Shown: one piece after another, positions 29,535 through 39,820 of the stretch
How positions within the stretch are numbered: the stretch's first letter is position 1
Layout of the letters: each line of letters starts with the position of its first letter
Origin: Parcubacteria bacterium RAAC4_OD1_1
GTDB lineage: Bacteria > Patescibacteriota > Minisyncoccia > Phycocordibacterales > UBA9973
Length of the DNA stretch: 64,000 bases
Reading direction: 5' to 3'
NCBI GenBank assembly: GCA_000505065.1
Contig: AWSN01000001.1
Location: forward strand, 403,647-467,646
The notes under the pieces: model-generated
What the model was told of the DNA's origin: nothing
Databases searched by the model: none
What the model saw: the letters and a program-made list of their open reading frames with translations, nothing else
Program-made: the position numbers and the translations under genes

Positions 29535-29942
29535 ATGAATAAAACAACTATCGCAATAATAATATCAGTAATACTTATCGTCTCTGCTATTTTTTTTACT
29601 TCAAATAAAAATAATGGGGTAAAAGAAAAATCATCAAAGCAAACAGAGAAAATAGTAAATAACGTCTCTATAATAAATGGTAAACAAATAATAGAAATAA
29701 AAGCTAAGGGTGGATATACACCAAGAAAAAGTGTAGCTCAAGCAGGAATACCTACAATACTCCAAATAAACACAAATGGAACATTTGACTGTTCTGCTTC
29801 AATTAGAATCCCTAGTATGAATATACAAAGGAATTTACCACAATCAGGTGTAACAGATATAGAATTAGGAACAAATCCACCTGGAATACTCCAAGGCTCT
29901 TGTGGTATGGGAATGTATCCATTTCAAATAGAATTTAAATAA
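29535..29942 (+). CDS. Cupredoxin-like copper-binding protein (signal-anchored)
   Basis: N-terminal TM segment. C-terminal …CSAS… GSCGMGMY Cys/Met-rich copper-site pattern typical of small cupredoxin_1 proteins in cop operons. Confidence 0.6.
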   Translation: MNKTTIAIIISVILIVSAIFFTSNKNNGVKEKSSKQTEKIVNNVSIINGKQIIEIKAKGGYTPRKSVAQAGIPTILQINTNGTFDCSASIRIPSMNIQRNLPQSGVTDIELGTNPPGILQGSCGMGMYPFQIEFK

Positions 29943-29959
29943 ATTTACAAATAAAATAC

Positions 29960-29988
29960 TTGCAAAAAATCATAATATTTGATATAAT
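29960..29988 (+). promoter_or_regulatory. Consensus promoter (TTGCAA-17-TATAAT) driving the tRNA-Met leader region
   Basis: -35 at 29960-29965, -10 at 29983-29988. Confidence 0.5.
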
Positions 29989-30050
29989 ATATAGAGTATA
30001 AATTATATAATATTAAAAGCGAACCTAATCGCTCGTGGTTTATGTTTTAA

Positions 30051-30129
30051 ATAATACATAATGGGATAGAGAAATGGTATCTCCAAAAGACTAATAGCGC
30101 GAGTAACCGGTTATGAGCCTTACGAGATA
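30051..30129 (+). pseudogene. Partial tRNA-Met copy. A 33-nt direct repeat of the upstream flank plus the 5' part of the tRNA-CAT at 30164, followed by a 21-nt segment that is the inverted copy of that tRNA's D-stem/anticodon arm.
   Basis: 30051-30083 matches 30155-30187 with 2 mismatches. 30109-30129 is the reverse complement of 30182-30202. Confidence 0.45.
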
Positions 30130-30163
30130 TTTAAATAATTTATTAAAAATAAAATAATACATA

Positions 30164-30237
30164 GCGGGATAGAGAAATGGTATCTCGTAAGGCTCATAAC
30201 CTTAAGAACTTGGTTCGATTCCAAGTCCCGCAACAAT
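30164..30237 (+). tRNA. tRNA-Met (anticodon CAU), probably the initiator
   Basis: Anticodon loop ctCATaa. A1xA72 mismatch at the top of the acceptor stem. A11:U24 in the D-stem. T-loop ttcgatt. Discriminator A. Confidence 0.7.
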
Positions 30238-30242
30238 AAATC

Positions 30243-30268
30243 AAAAATCACCCATACGGGTGATTTTT
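30243..30268 (+). terminator. Hairpin terminator after the tRNA-Met
   Basis: aaaaatcaccc-atac-gggtgattttt. Confidence 0.6.
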
Positions 30269-30387
30269 GATAGTATATTTGAAAAAAATATATAATATGT
30301 TATATTATGCATTATGTAAGTGCTTGAAATGGCTGTTCGGCTTTCACCTCACATAGCCATTATGCTTAATGTTGATAGTATATCTAT

Positions 30388-30419
30388 CGACAAAAAGCAA
30401 AGCGGTTTGCTTTTTGTCG
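30388..30419 (+). other. Perfect 14-bp stem hairpin abutting and overlapping the 5' end of the next tRNA (cgacaaaaagcaaa-gcgg-tttgctttttgtcg)
   Basis: Seen directly. The last 4 nt are the first 4 nt of the tRNA acceptor stem. Confidence 0.55.
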
Positions 30420-30489
30420 GCGTAGCTCAGATGGTTAGAGCGTGGGACTCATAAGCCCAAGGTCGGAAGTTCGATTCTTCCCGCCGACA
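30416..30489 (+). tRNA. tRNA-Met (anticodon CAU). Elongator Met or, less likely, the lysidine-dependent Ile2.
   Basis: Fully paired acceptor gtcggcg/cgccgac. Anticodon loop ctCATaa with a GGG/CCC stem. T-loop ttcgatt. Confidence 0.7.
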
Positions 30490-30534
30490 CAATAAAGTGG
30501 AATTTTTTTTCATTTTATGTTAAATTGTTTTAGA

Positions 30535-30579
30535 TGCAGTTGTAGCTCAACTCAAATTGGACTATAGCGAGCACCCGCC
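30535..30579 (+). pseudogene. Partial tRNA-Asp copy. A 19-nt exact direct repeat of the 5' end of the tRNA-Asp at 30628 with an enlarged D-loop, ending after the anticodon-stem 5' strand.
   Basis: atgcagttgtagctcaact at 30535-30553 equals 30626-30644. agcacccgcc at 30570-30579 equals 30651-30660. Confidence 0.45.
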
Positions 30580-30627
30580 TTGGCAAGAGTATATATGGTA
30601 TAAAAGTTAGTTTTTGAAACAGAATAT

Positions 30628-30701
30628 GCAGTTGTAGCTCAACTGGTTAGAGCACCCGCCTGTCACGCGGGAGGTTGAGGGTTCAAGTCCCTTCGACTGC
30701 G
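30628..30701 (+). tRNA. tRNA-Asp (anticodon GUC)
   Basis: Acceptor gcagttg/cgactgc, anticodon stem cccgc/gcggg with loop ctGTCac, T-loop ttcaagt, discriminator G. Confidence 0.8.
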
Positions 30702-30743
30702 CAAATAAAAAAATAAACCTTAATAGGTTTATTTTAAATTTGA

Positions 30744-31367
30744 TTATGCGATCACTCCTAAATCTTCCAAAAAGTTTTGATATTTTTTAACAATCTTTCT
30801 CCCTTCAATTTGGCTAATATAAAAATTTGAACCTTCATGAGCAATCTGATTTCTTACCAAATGAGCATCCCAAGCATCTTGTATGTATCTATAACCACTA
30901 TCTTTTGCAGATTCTAAAAGTTCTGATAAGGTAGCACCAGTTAATCCTCTTTCTTGTAAAATTTCCTCTAAAAATGAATCTGCTTCTATTATTGCTACTC
31001 TCCAATCAGACTCATTGGGGCTTTCTATTAAAGTAAGAATATAATGCCATCTTGGATTTTGATTCTTTTCTATTTCTTTTTTGCGAGCCATCGCTAAATG
31101 TATCTCGTGCTCTATTTCTTCTTTATCTGCAATCTGAATTTCTCTCATTCTCACAAGAGAAAAAATAATAATTGCGAGTAAGATTAAAGATAATATCATA
31201 GATATGATTCCTATAGTGCTCCATAAATTAGGATTAGTAATAAATGCATAAACAGGCTCAATTCCTCGTGTAATCTTAAAAAACACATAATCCATATTAA
31301 GGAATGTTGGATCGAACAATGGGTTTTCTATAATAGGTTGTATTTGTAAACTTGTTTGTTCTTCCAT
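30744..31367 (-). CDS. Membrane-anchored protein with a C-terminal HEPN-like domain (Rx4H motif VRNQIAHEG, DUF4145-like)
   Basis: Central TM helix IGIISMILSLILLAIIIFSLV. The C-terminal helical domain ends in R-N-Q-I-A-H. Confidence 0.5.
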   Translation of the reverse strand: MEEQTSLQIQPIIENPLFDPTFLNMDYVFFKITRGIEPVYAFITNPNLWSTIGIISMILSLILLAIIIFSLVRMREIQIADKEEIEHEIHLAMARKKEIEKNQNPRWHYILTLIESPNESDWRVAIIEADSFLEEILQERGLTGATLSELLESAKDSGYRYIQDAWDAHLVRNQIAHEGSNFYISQIEGRKIVKKYQNFLEDLGVIA

Positions 31368-31377
31368 ATAGTATATT

Positions 31378-31405
31378 TATTATACCCTGTAGTGGATTTT
31401 TTACA
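31378..31405 (-). promoter_or_regulatory. Promoter (TTGTAA-16-TATAAT) with the conserved block CACTACAGGGTATAAT, upstream of the HEPN-motif gene
   Basis: Coding-strand sense reads ttgtaaaaaatccactacagggtataat. Confidence 0.5.
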
Positions 31406-31419
31406 AAATTAACTAGGGA

Positions 31420-32844
31420 TTATACCAACTTTTCTATATCTTTCCCTATATCAAATAAATTTTCTTCACACCATTTAGGAGCGGTAATTTGAATAGAAGT
31501 GGGAAGTCCTTCTTCTGTCTTTCCCGTAGGAATCGCAATAGCAGGACACTCAGAAAGATTTGCTGGAGCAGAAAAAACATCAGATAGATACATAGAAACA
31601 GGATCAGATAATTTCTCTCCAAGTTTAAATGGTAAAGTAGGAGCTGTCGGAGTAGCAATAAAATCCACATCTTCGAAAGCTTTCTCTATTTCTTTAGTTA
31701 GAGCATCTCTAATTAAAAGAGCACTATTATAATATGCATCATAATATCCATGAGAAAGAACGTAGGCTCCTAGTATCATTCTTCTTCTTACTTCTATCCC
31801 AAAACCTTTACCTCTTGAAAATTTATAAGTATCGATAAGATTGTCTCCTTTTATTTGATCACCATATCTAAGACCATCAAAACGTGCTAGATTTGTAGAA
31901 CTTTCTGCTGGCATAAGTATATAATAAACTGCAAGAGCATAAGGGGTAAGAGGTTGATCTATGTTTACTACTTTATATCCATCATTTTTAAGAAGTTCTA
32001 TGGTCTTCCAAAAACTATCTAAAACTTTTTTATCTATTCCGGGACCCTCAAGAAATGCTTTAGGAATACCTATTATTCCTTTTTTATCTTTCTTCAATCT
32101 GTTTTTTCTTTCTTCTATTTTTACAGAAGTGCTATCATTTTTATCATAACTTAAAATAGTCTTATATACTATCTCTGCATCAGAAACAGTATGTGCAGTA
32201 GGCCCAATTTGATCCAGAGAACTCCCCATAGCCATAAGACCAAACCTAGAAACTGCTCCATATGTAGGTTTAAGGCCCACAAGACCACAAAATGCTGATG
32301 GTTGCCTTATAGAACCACAAGTTTCACTACCTAGGGCAACCAATGCTCCATACATAGATACGGCTGCCACTGAGCCACCCGAAGACCCTCCTGGTACTCT
32401 TTCTTCATCTAAGGGATTTCTAGTTACTCCATAAGCGCTTGTTTCAGTAGAAGAACCCATAGCAAATTCATCCATATTTGTTCTCCCTAAAAATATTGCA
32501 TTATGATTTTTTAGATTTTCTATAACAGTTGAGTCATAACTTGCAACATAACCTTTTAATATTTTTGAAGCAGATGTAGCAGATTTACCTTTTATTAAAA
32601 TATTATCCTTAATAGCCATAGGGATACCTGTCATAATTGTTGCTGTACCATTTTCAAATTTTTCTTCAGCTTTTTTTATCTGATCATCAATATCATCAAA
32701 TATTTCAATGTAAGCATTAATTCTTTCATTCTTTTCTTTTATAATAGCAAGATAAGCATCTACTAAATCTCTAACCTTATATTCTCCATTTATAAGTGAA
32801 TTGTGAACTTTTTCAATTGTTAAGTTTTTTAAATCAATATTCAT
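31420..32844 (-). CDS. gatA: Glu-tRNA(Gln)/Asp-tRNA(Asn) amidotransferase subunit A
   Basis: Amidase signature GGSSGGSVAAV with the KDN catalytic context (IKDNILIKG). Confidence 0.9.
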   Translation of the reverse strand: MNIDLKNLTIEKVHNSLINGEYKVRDLVDAYLAIIKEKNERINAYIEIFDDIDDQIKKAEEKFENGTATIMTGIPMAIKDNILIKGKSATSASKILKGYVASYDSTVIENLKNHNAIFLGRTNMDEFAMGSSTETSAYGVTRNPLDEERVPGGSSGGSVAAVSMYGALVALGSETCGSIRQPSAFCGLVGLKPTYGAVSRFGLMAMGSSLDQIGPTAHTVSDAEIVYKTILSYDKNDSTSVKIEERKNRLKKDKKGIIGIPKAFLEGPGIDKKVLDSFWKTIELLKNDGYKVVNIDQPLTPYALAVYYILMPAESSTNLARFDGLRYGDQIKGDNLIDTYKFSRGKGFGIEVRRRMILGAYVLSHGYYDAYYNSALLIRDALTKEIEKAFEDVDFIATPTAPTLPFKLGEKLSDPVSMYLSDVFSAPANLSECPAIAIPTGKTEEGLPTSIQITAPKWCEENLFDIGKDIEKLV

Positions 32845-32850
32845 AAAAAA

Positions 32851-33147
32851 TTACAAGATTTTATCTACCTTTAAATACCTTCCTTCTTTTTCAGGCATAT
32901 TTGAGATAATTTGAGATGAAAAATCAGGACGTCCCTCATCATAAACATCATCTCTTAATATATTTGTAAGATCTTTTCTTTCAAGTTTTATATTAATACT
33001 CCCAAGCATTTCTTTTGCTTTTCTTATCTGATCTACATAATCTAAAATAGGGCCAAAATCTTTTGCAATCCCCTCCATTTCATCCTCGGACATATCTATC
33101 CTAGACATCTCTGCTAATTTTTTAATATCTTCTAATCCTATTACCAT
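32851..33147 (-). CDS. gatC: Amidotransferase subunit C
   Basis: 98 aa. MVIGLEDIKKLAEMSRIDMSEDEME matches the GatC N-terminus. Directly upstream of gatA. Confidence 0.8.
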   Translation of the reverse strand: MVIGLEDIKKLAEMSRIDMSEDEMEGIAKDFGPILDYVDQIRKAKEMLGSINIKLERKDLTNILRDDVYDEGRPDFSSQIISNMPEKEGRYLKVDKIL

Positions 33148-33165
33148 ATTTAAAATATAGCATAT

Positions 33166-35644
<2,479 letters not shown>

Positions 35645-35650
35645 AAAAAA

Positions 35651-36217
35651 TTAATTAGTCCAATTAAGAATACTATACTCTAAACTTCTCGACCTCACCA
35701 AATTACCATTTTTCCATTCAACGGTGACATACATATCTATCTGATTTGGATTACTACTATTACCTTCAATTACAATTTTTCTCTTAAAATTACTATTGCC
35801 GGGTAAAGAATTATAATTATAATAAGGTATACTACCTTCATCCAAAGTAAATCTTGGGCAAACTATTTCACCAAAAGATTCATCTGGGTCTGAAGAGCAA
35901 GAATAAATACTATTATCTAGTATATTCAAATAACATCCATCAACTGTACTACAAGAATTGTATTTTGAGATGAAGCTATTCCAATCTTGCCCACCTAATA
36001 TAACCGAGGTATCTCTATCATTTCTCACATAATCAACAGCTTCTTGCATTAGATAAGTGGCTGTAATTTCATTTTTTGAATAAACGGCAGAAAAATAACT
36101 ACTGGAAATCATCCCAACAATACCAACAACAGATAAAGAAAGTATGAAAACAGCAACCATTGTTTCAATAAGAGTAAAACCTTTTATGATTTTTATTTTT
36201 TCTTTATAAATTTTCAT
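35651..36217 (-). CDS. Type IV minor pilin (prepilin-type N-terminal cleavage/methylation domain)
   Basis: KGFTLIETMVAVFILSL. Confidence 0.65.
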   Translation of the reverse strand: MKIYKEKIKIIKGFTLIETMVAVFILSLSVVGIVGMISSSYFSAVYSKNEITATYLMQEAVDYVRNDRDTSVILGGQDWNSFISKYNSCSTVDGCYLNILDNSIYSCSSDPDESFGEIVCPRFTLDEGSIPYYNYNSLPGNSNFKRKIVIEGNSSNPNQIDMYVTVEWKNGNLVRSRSLEYSILNWTN

Positions 36218-36218
36218 A

Positions 36219-36860
36219 TTAATCCAAATTCCTCTGTGAAGCTAATGTTTGTAAAGCAAATGAAACATTTTCTCCATTTTTAAGTTCAACGACCCCCTTC
36301 ATATAAATAAGAACCTTGGCTTGATTAAAATCTCCGCCAGAAATTTTAGATGAACCAGAAACAACAAATTTTAATTCTTTTATATCTACATTTGGAGAAG
36401 TGATTCCTACACAAGGAAAAAGACCAGAAGAAGCCCGATATTCACAACGCTCCACAGAGCCCTTACCATCAACAGTTTCGAGTTTATAAGCAATTCTATC
36501 TAAATTAGACTCTTTATCTTGTGGAATAATAGAAATATTTGAGTCAGAAAGACAATCACTAGGAAGAGGATCATTTATTATATCAATAGAAGAAGCACAA
36601 GTATACCCGGTCCCCATACGAATAGTTCTAGATATGCTATCCATCGCAAAATTTACATTATCCATAGAATACCTTAAAGCTCTAGCTTTTTTTGAAACAT
36701 CTAAAGATATAAAAAGTGAACTCATCGCAGCAAGCATTATCATCATAAAAACAGATATCGAAACCATAAGCTCAATAAGAGTAAAACCATCTTGCCTTTT
36801 ATATGATAAAGTAAGATCTTTATAATTTTTTATTTTTTTCTTTATAAAATTTAATTTCAT
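36219..36860 (-). CDS. Type IV minor pilin
   Basis: DGFTLIELMVSISVFMM. Confidence 0.6.
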   Translation of the reverse strand: MKLNFIKKKIKNYKDLTLSYKRQDGFTLIELMVSISVFMMIMLAAMSSLFISLDVSKKARALRYSMDNVNFAMDSISRTIRMGTGYTCASSIDIINDPLPSDCLSDSNISIIPQDKESNLDRIAYKLETVDGKGSVERCEYRASSGLFPCVGITSPNVDIKELKFVVSGSSKISGGDFNQAKVLIYMKGVVELKNGENVSFALQTLASQRNLD

Positions 36861-36869
36861 TTTTATTAT

Positions 36870-37544
36870 TTAATTTATATAAATCTGACCTGTACTCCAA
36901 ATAGTAACAGATTTACTTATTTTATTTTCAGTTTGAGAAACTCCATTTTCTATATATATTATAACATGAGAAACACTCGCAATACACGAAGAAGATAAAC
37001 TTTCTTTATAACAAAAGACTGCTTCAGGATTTGGTCTTTTAAATAACACATTTATAGATGAATTTATTCCCATAATATCACAATCAGAACCATTACAAAT
37101 TTCTATTTTTGAAATCTTGTCATTATTTTTTATTGTTAAATATTCTAAACATTCATTTTGACTACTAGGGGTACCACAAGAAAAAGATTCCGAATCAACA
37201 GTATAATCATATTGACCATTACCTGAAACATCTGTAAATATAACTATTGATTTACTTGAGGATAGCGGATAAGAATATGGAATTTGTTCTCCAATAGACA
37301 TATTTACACCATAAGAATAATCAAAATTAAGACCCAACCCCCTTGCACCTATAGCATAACCTTGAACTTTCCTTATAGATAAAGCGAGATCATCAGCTAG
37401 ATTTTGTATAGAAATACTAGAATTAAATTTATTATAATTAAAAATAGAAATAGAAGAAACTATTATAAAAATAATCGAAACAACAAGAAGCTCAACCAAT
37501 GTCATTCCTTTATTTTTTTTTATTTTTAAAAATTTATTTTTCAT
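36870..37544 (-). CDS. Type IV minor pilin
   Basis: KGMTLVELLVVSIIFII. Confidence 0.6.
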   Translation of the reverse strand: MKNKFLKIKKNKGMTLVELLVVSIIFIIVSSISIFNYNKFNSSISIQNLADDLALSIRKVQGYAIGARGLGLNFDYSYGVNMSIGEQIPYSYPLSSSKSIVIFTDVSGNGQYDYTVDSESFSCGTPSSQNECLEYLTIKNNDKISKIEICNGSDCDIMGINSSINVLFKRPNPEAVFCYKESLSSSCIASVSHVIIYIENGVSQTENKISKSVTIWSTGQIYIN

Positions 37545-37554
37545 CTTAATGAAA

Positions 37555-38367
37555 TTAGAAAATAGAAAGCAATTTGTAAATATTTATATTAAACAAAAAC
37601 ACAATTAAAGTCCCAAGTATTAAAAAGGGAGCAAAAGGTATTTCTGTTTTACTGTTCACCTTTGTAAATCTCTTAAAAATTAAAGCAAATATTCCAAATA
37701 TTCCACCAATCCAAAATGAAATCATAAGAGCTACTATCCCCATATTGAGTCCAAGCATCCATCCGATACCAAGCATTAATTTAGCATCCCCAAAACCCAT
37801 CCACTTACCAGAAGAAAAATACCAAATGAGAGCAAAAGGTAGAGCAAGCATAGGCCCTGCTAATACACCCCAAATTGATGGGATAACAAAAAACGAACCG
37901 ACACCAGTAGTATTTATAAAAATAAGCAAAAATGAAATTATTATATATGTATATACTAAAGAGTCGGGAATTATTTTATGACGAAAATCATAAACACAAA
38001 TAATAATAAGAATAGAAAATATAAACAAAAATATAGAAAGTAAAACAACAAAATTTATAGTAGAAATTTCTAAAATAGGATAAAGATGATATGCAATTAA
38101 AGTGAATATAACTCCTGTAAAAAATTCTACAAGTGGGTATTGATAAGAGATTTTGGCACGACACCCCCTACATCTACCAAACTGAAAAAGAAAACTAAAC
38201 ATTGGTATGAGCTCATTCCAGTGCAAGCTCTTGCCACAGGTCATACACATTGATTTGCCTTTTGTTATTTTTTTACCAGTATTAAAACGGTAAATAACTA
38301 CATTTAAAAAACTACCAATAATAACCCCTAAAATAAATATAAAAACAAAAGTAAAAATTTCAATCAT
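37555..38367 (-). CDS. pilD: Prepilin peptidase (A24 family)
   Basis: N-terminal zinc-binding CMTCGKS…CRGCRAKI followed by the polytopic peptidase A24 domain. Confidence 0.85.
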   Translation of the reverse strand: MIEIFTFVFIFILGVIIGSFLNVVIYRFNTGKKITKGKSMCMTCGKSLHWNELIPMFSFLFQFGRCRGCRAKISYQYPLVEFFTGVIFTLIAYHLYPILEISTINFVVLLSIFLFIFSILIIICVYDFRHKIIPDSLVYTYIIISFLLIFINTTGVGSFFVIPSIWGVLAGPMLALPFALIWYFSSGKWMGFGDAKLMLGIGWMLGLNMGIVALMISFWIGGIFGIFALIFKRFTKVNSKTEIPFAPFLILGTLIVFLFNINIYKLLSIF

Positions 38368-38433
38368 AATTATATTATATCACTATAAAACAAAAATAAA
38401 AACTGCAAAACATTTTTATCTATATACACAAGT

Positions 38434-39207
38434 GCGCAAGAACCGTTCTTGCGCATACTTGCACATATTATTTAATGAAATAATTCTCAACAAATTCTTT
38501 AAAAGATTTTATATTTTGAAAAAAATCTGGAAATTTATCTTTTTGTAAAATATTATACTCTGTCCTTTTATAACCTATATAATCTTGATAACTTGAATAT
38601 TTATAAAATTCTATAAAATTTTTCATTTTTATCGATGAAAACATCTTTAAATTTGTTTCCCATTTGGGAAATTCCAACTCAAGTGGATTTAGATGTATAT
38701 ATGCAAATAATTGTCTCATATAATTATCATCATTCCCTATTAATTTAGACTTAAACAATCCACCAAATAAAGCACCTTTTCTGTCATATTTAATATTAAA
38801 AAACATAGAATACCCAACCCCTAATTTTCTCATAAATTTGGTTATACCTCCATCCACTTCTTGTTTAATCATTATATGAAAATGATTTGGCATTAAACAC
38901 CAGGCCCCAATAGAAACTAACAAATGATCTTTTTTAATTTTTAAAATTTCATCTATCTTCTTATTTTGTCTATTTATAATATCATCAAGACGAAAAGATT
39001 TTTCAGAATTAGAAAGATATAACAAAATAATAAATCTTTCATAATCTTTATGTGATTTAAAAATTATCCGTTTATCTATCCCCCTATTATAAATATGATA
39101 ATATTCACCAGTTATAAATGGATCCTTCCTTAACATACTTAATATTATATTAATAATTTTAAAATAGCGCAAGAACGGTTCTTGCGTATGTTGGTTCTTG
39201 CGTATGT
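38434..39207 (-). mobile_element. IS200/IS605-like (RAYT-like) element. An HuH-Y1 transposase gene flanked by near-identical palindromic hairpins. Inserted between pilD and the major pilin genes.
   Basis: Left hairpin gcgcaagaaccgttcttgcgc at 38434-38454. Right hairpin gcgcaagaacggttcttgcg at 39167-39186. A 15-nt motif ggttcttgcgtatgt is tandemly repeated at 39177-39207. Confidence 0.6.
38468..39172 (-). CDS. tnpA: IS200-like / REP-associated tyrosine transposase (HuH-Y1)
   Basis: HuH motif in PNHFHIMI, catalytic Tyr region YIHLNP, N-terminal YHIYNRG. Confidence 0.7.
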   Translation of the reverse strand: MRYFKIINIILSMLRKDPFITGEYYHIYNRGIDKRIIFKSHKDYERFIILLYLSNSEKSFRLDDIINRQNKKIDEILKIKKDHLLVSIGAWCLMPNHFHIMIKQEVDGGITKFMRKLGVGYSMFFNIKYDRKGALFGGLFKSKLIGNDDNYMRQLFAYIHLNPLELEFPKWETNLKMFSSIKMKNFIEFYKYSSYQDYIGYKRTEYNILQKDKFPDFFQNIKSFKEFVENYFIK

Positions 39208-39218
39208 GCGTATATAAT

Positions 39219-39236
39219 CTTTATCTTTATCTTTAT
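39219..39236. repeat. (CTTTAT)x3 microsatellite
   Basis: Seen directly. Confidence 0.6.
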
Positions 39237-39272
39237 GAAAGGGATTCATATTAAAGACTTACTTCATAAATA

Positions 39273-39305
39273 AAAACAACCCCAAGAATACTTGGGGTTG
39301 TTTTA
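39273..39305. terminator. Terminator downstream of the major pilin operon
   Basis: aaacaaccccaag-aata-cttggggttgttt followed by T. Confidence 0.7.
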
Positions 39306-39319
39306 TGGTTGCGATTAAG

Positions 39320-39793
39320 TTAATTACATTGTGTTTGAGCTACAGTAAAAGCAGTATCTAGTGTTGTGTAAGCTACACCTGACCTATTTTTAGTACTAGC
39401 CCAACCAGAAGAATCTACACAAAAGACACCAGATGAAAGACTAGAAGAAACTGCCCAAGTGGCCCCATCTGCAGGTAAACCAAGAGAAGAAACACATCTA
39501 GTAGCAGGAATATCTAATCCTTCAAACAAATTACCTAAACCATTATTTGCTGTTTCAAATAATGTATTAGTAGCAGAAGCTCCTATTGGACACTGAGAAG
39601 CTGTGAAGGCTGTCCCTATTCCTGAATAAAGCAACGATTGAGATCTCATATTTGAAATTTGTGCTTGAATTTTTGCGTCAGCACCTTTTTGTCTTGCACT
39701 TGAAAGTGAAGCAAGAACAACTGAAGCCAAAATACCGATGATTGCGATAACGACTAACAATTCAATTAATGTAAAACCTTTATTTTTTTGCAT
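39320..39793 (-). CDS. Type IV major pilin paralog 1
   Basis: [25 protein letters not shown]…. Confidence 0.8.
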   Translation of the reverse strand: MQKNKGFTLIELLVVIAIIGILASVVLASLSSARQKGADAKIQAQISNMRSQSLLYSGIGTAFTASQCPIGASATNTLFETANNGLGNLFEGLDIPATRCVSSLGLPADGATWAVSSSLSSGVFCVDSSGWASTKNRSGVAYTTLDTAFTVAQTQCN

Positions 39794-39820
39794 AATTAAT
39801 TTTATTTAAGATTAATAATA

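Noticed and set aside
30290-30387. Hairpin aatggct…agccatt and AT-rich sequence upstream of the second tRNA-CAU, considered as a small RNA gene
   Set aside because: A 7-bp stem with a large loop and no promoter or terminator context. Insufficient evidence.
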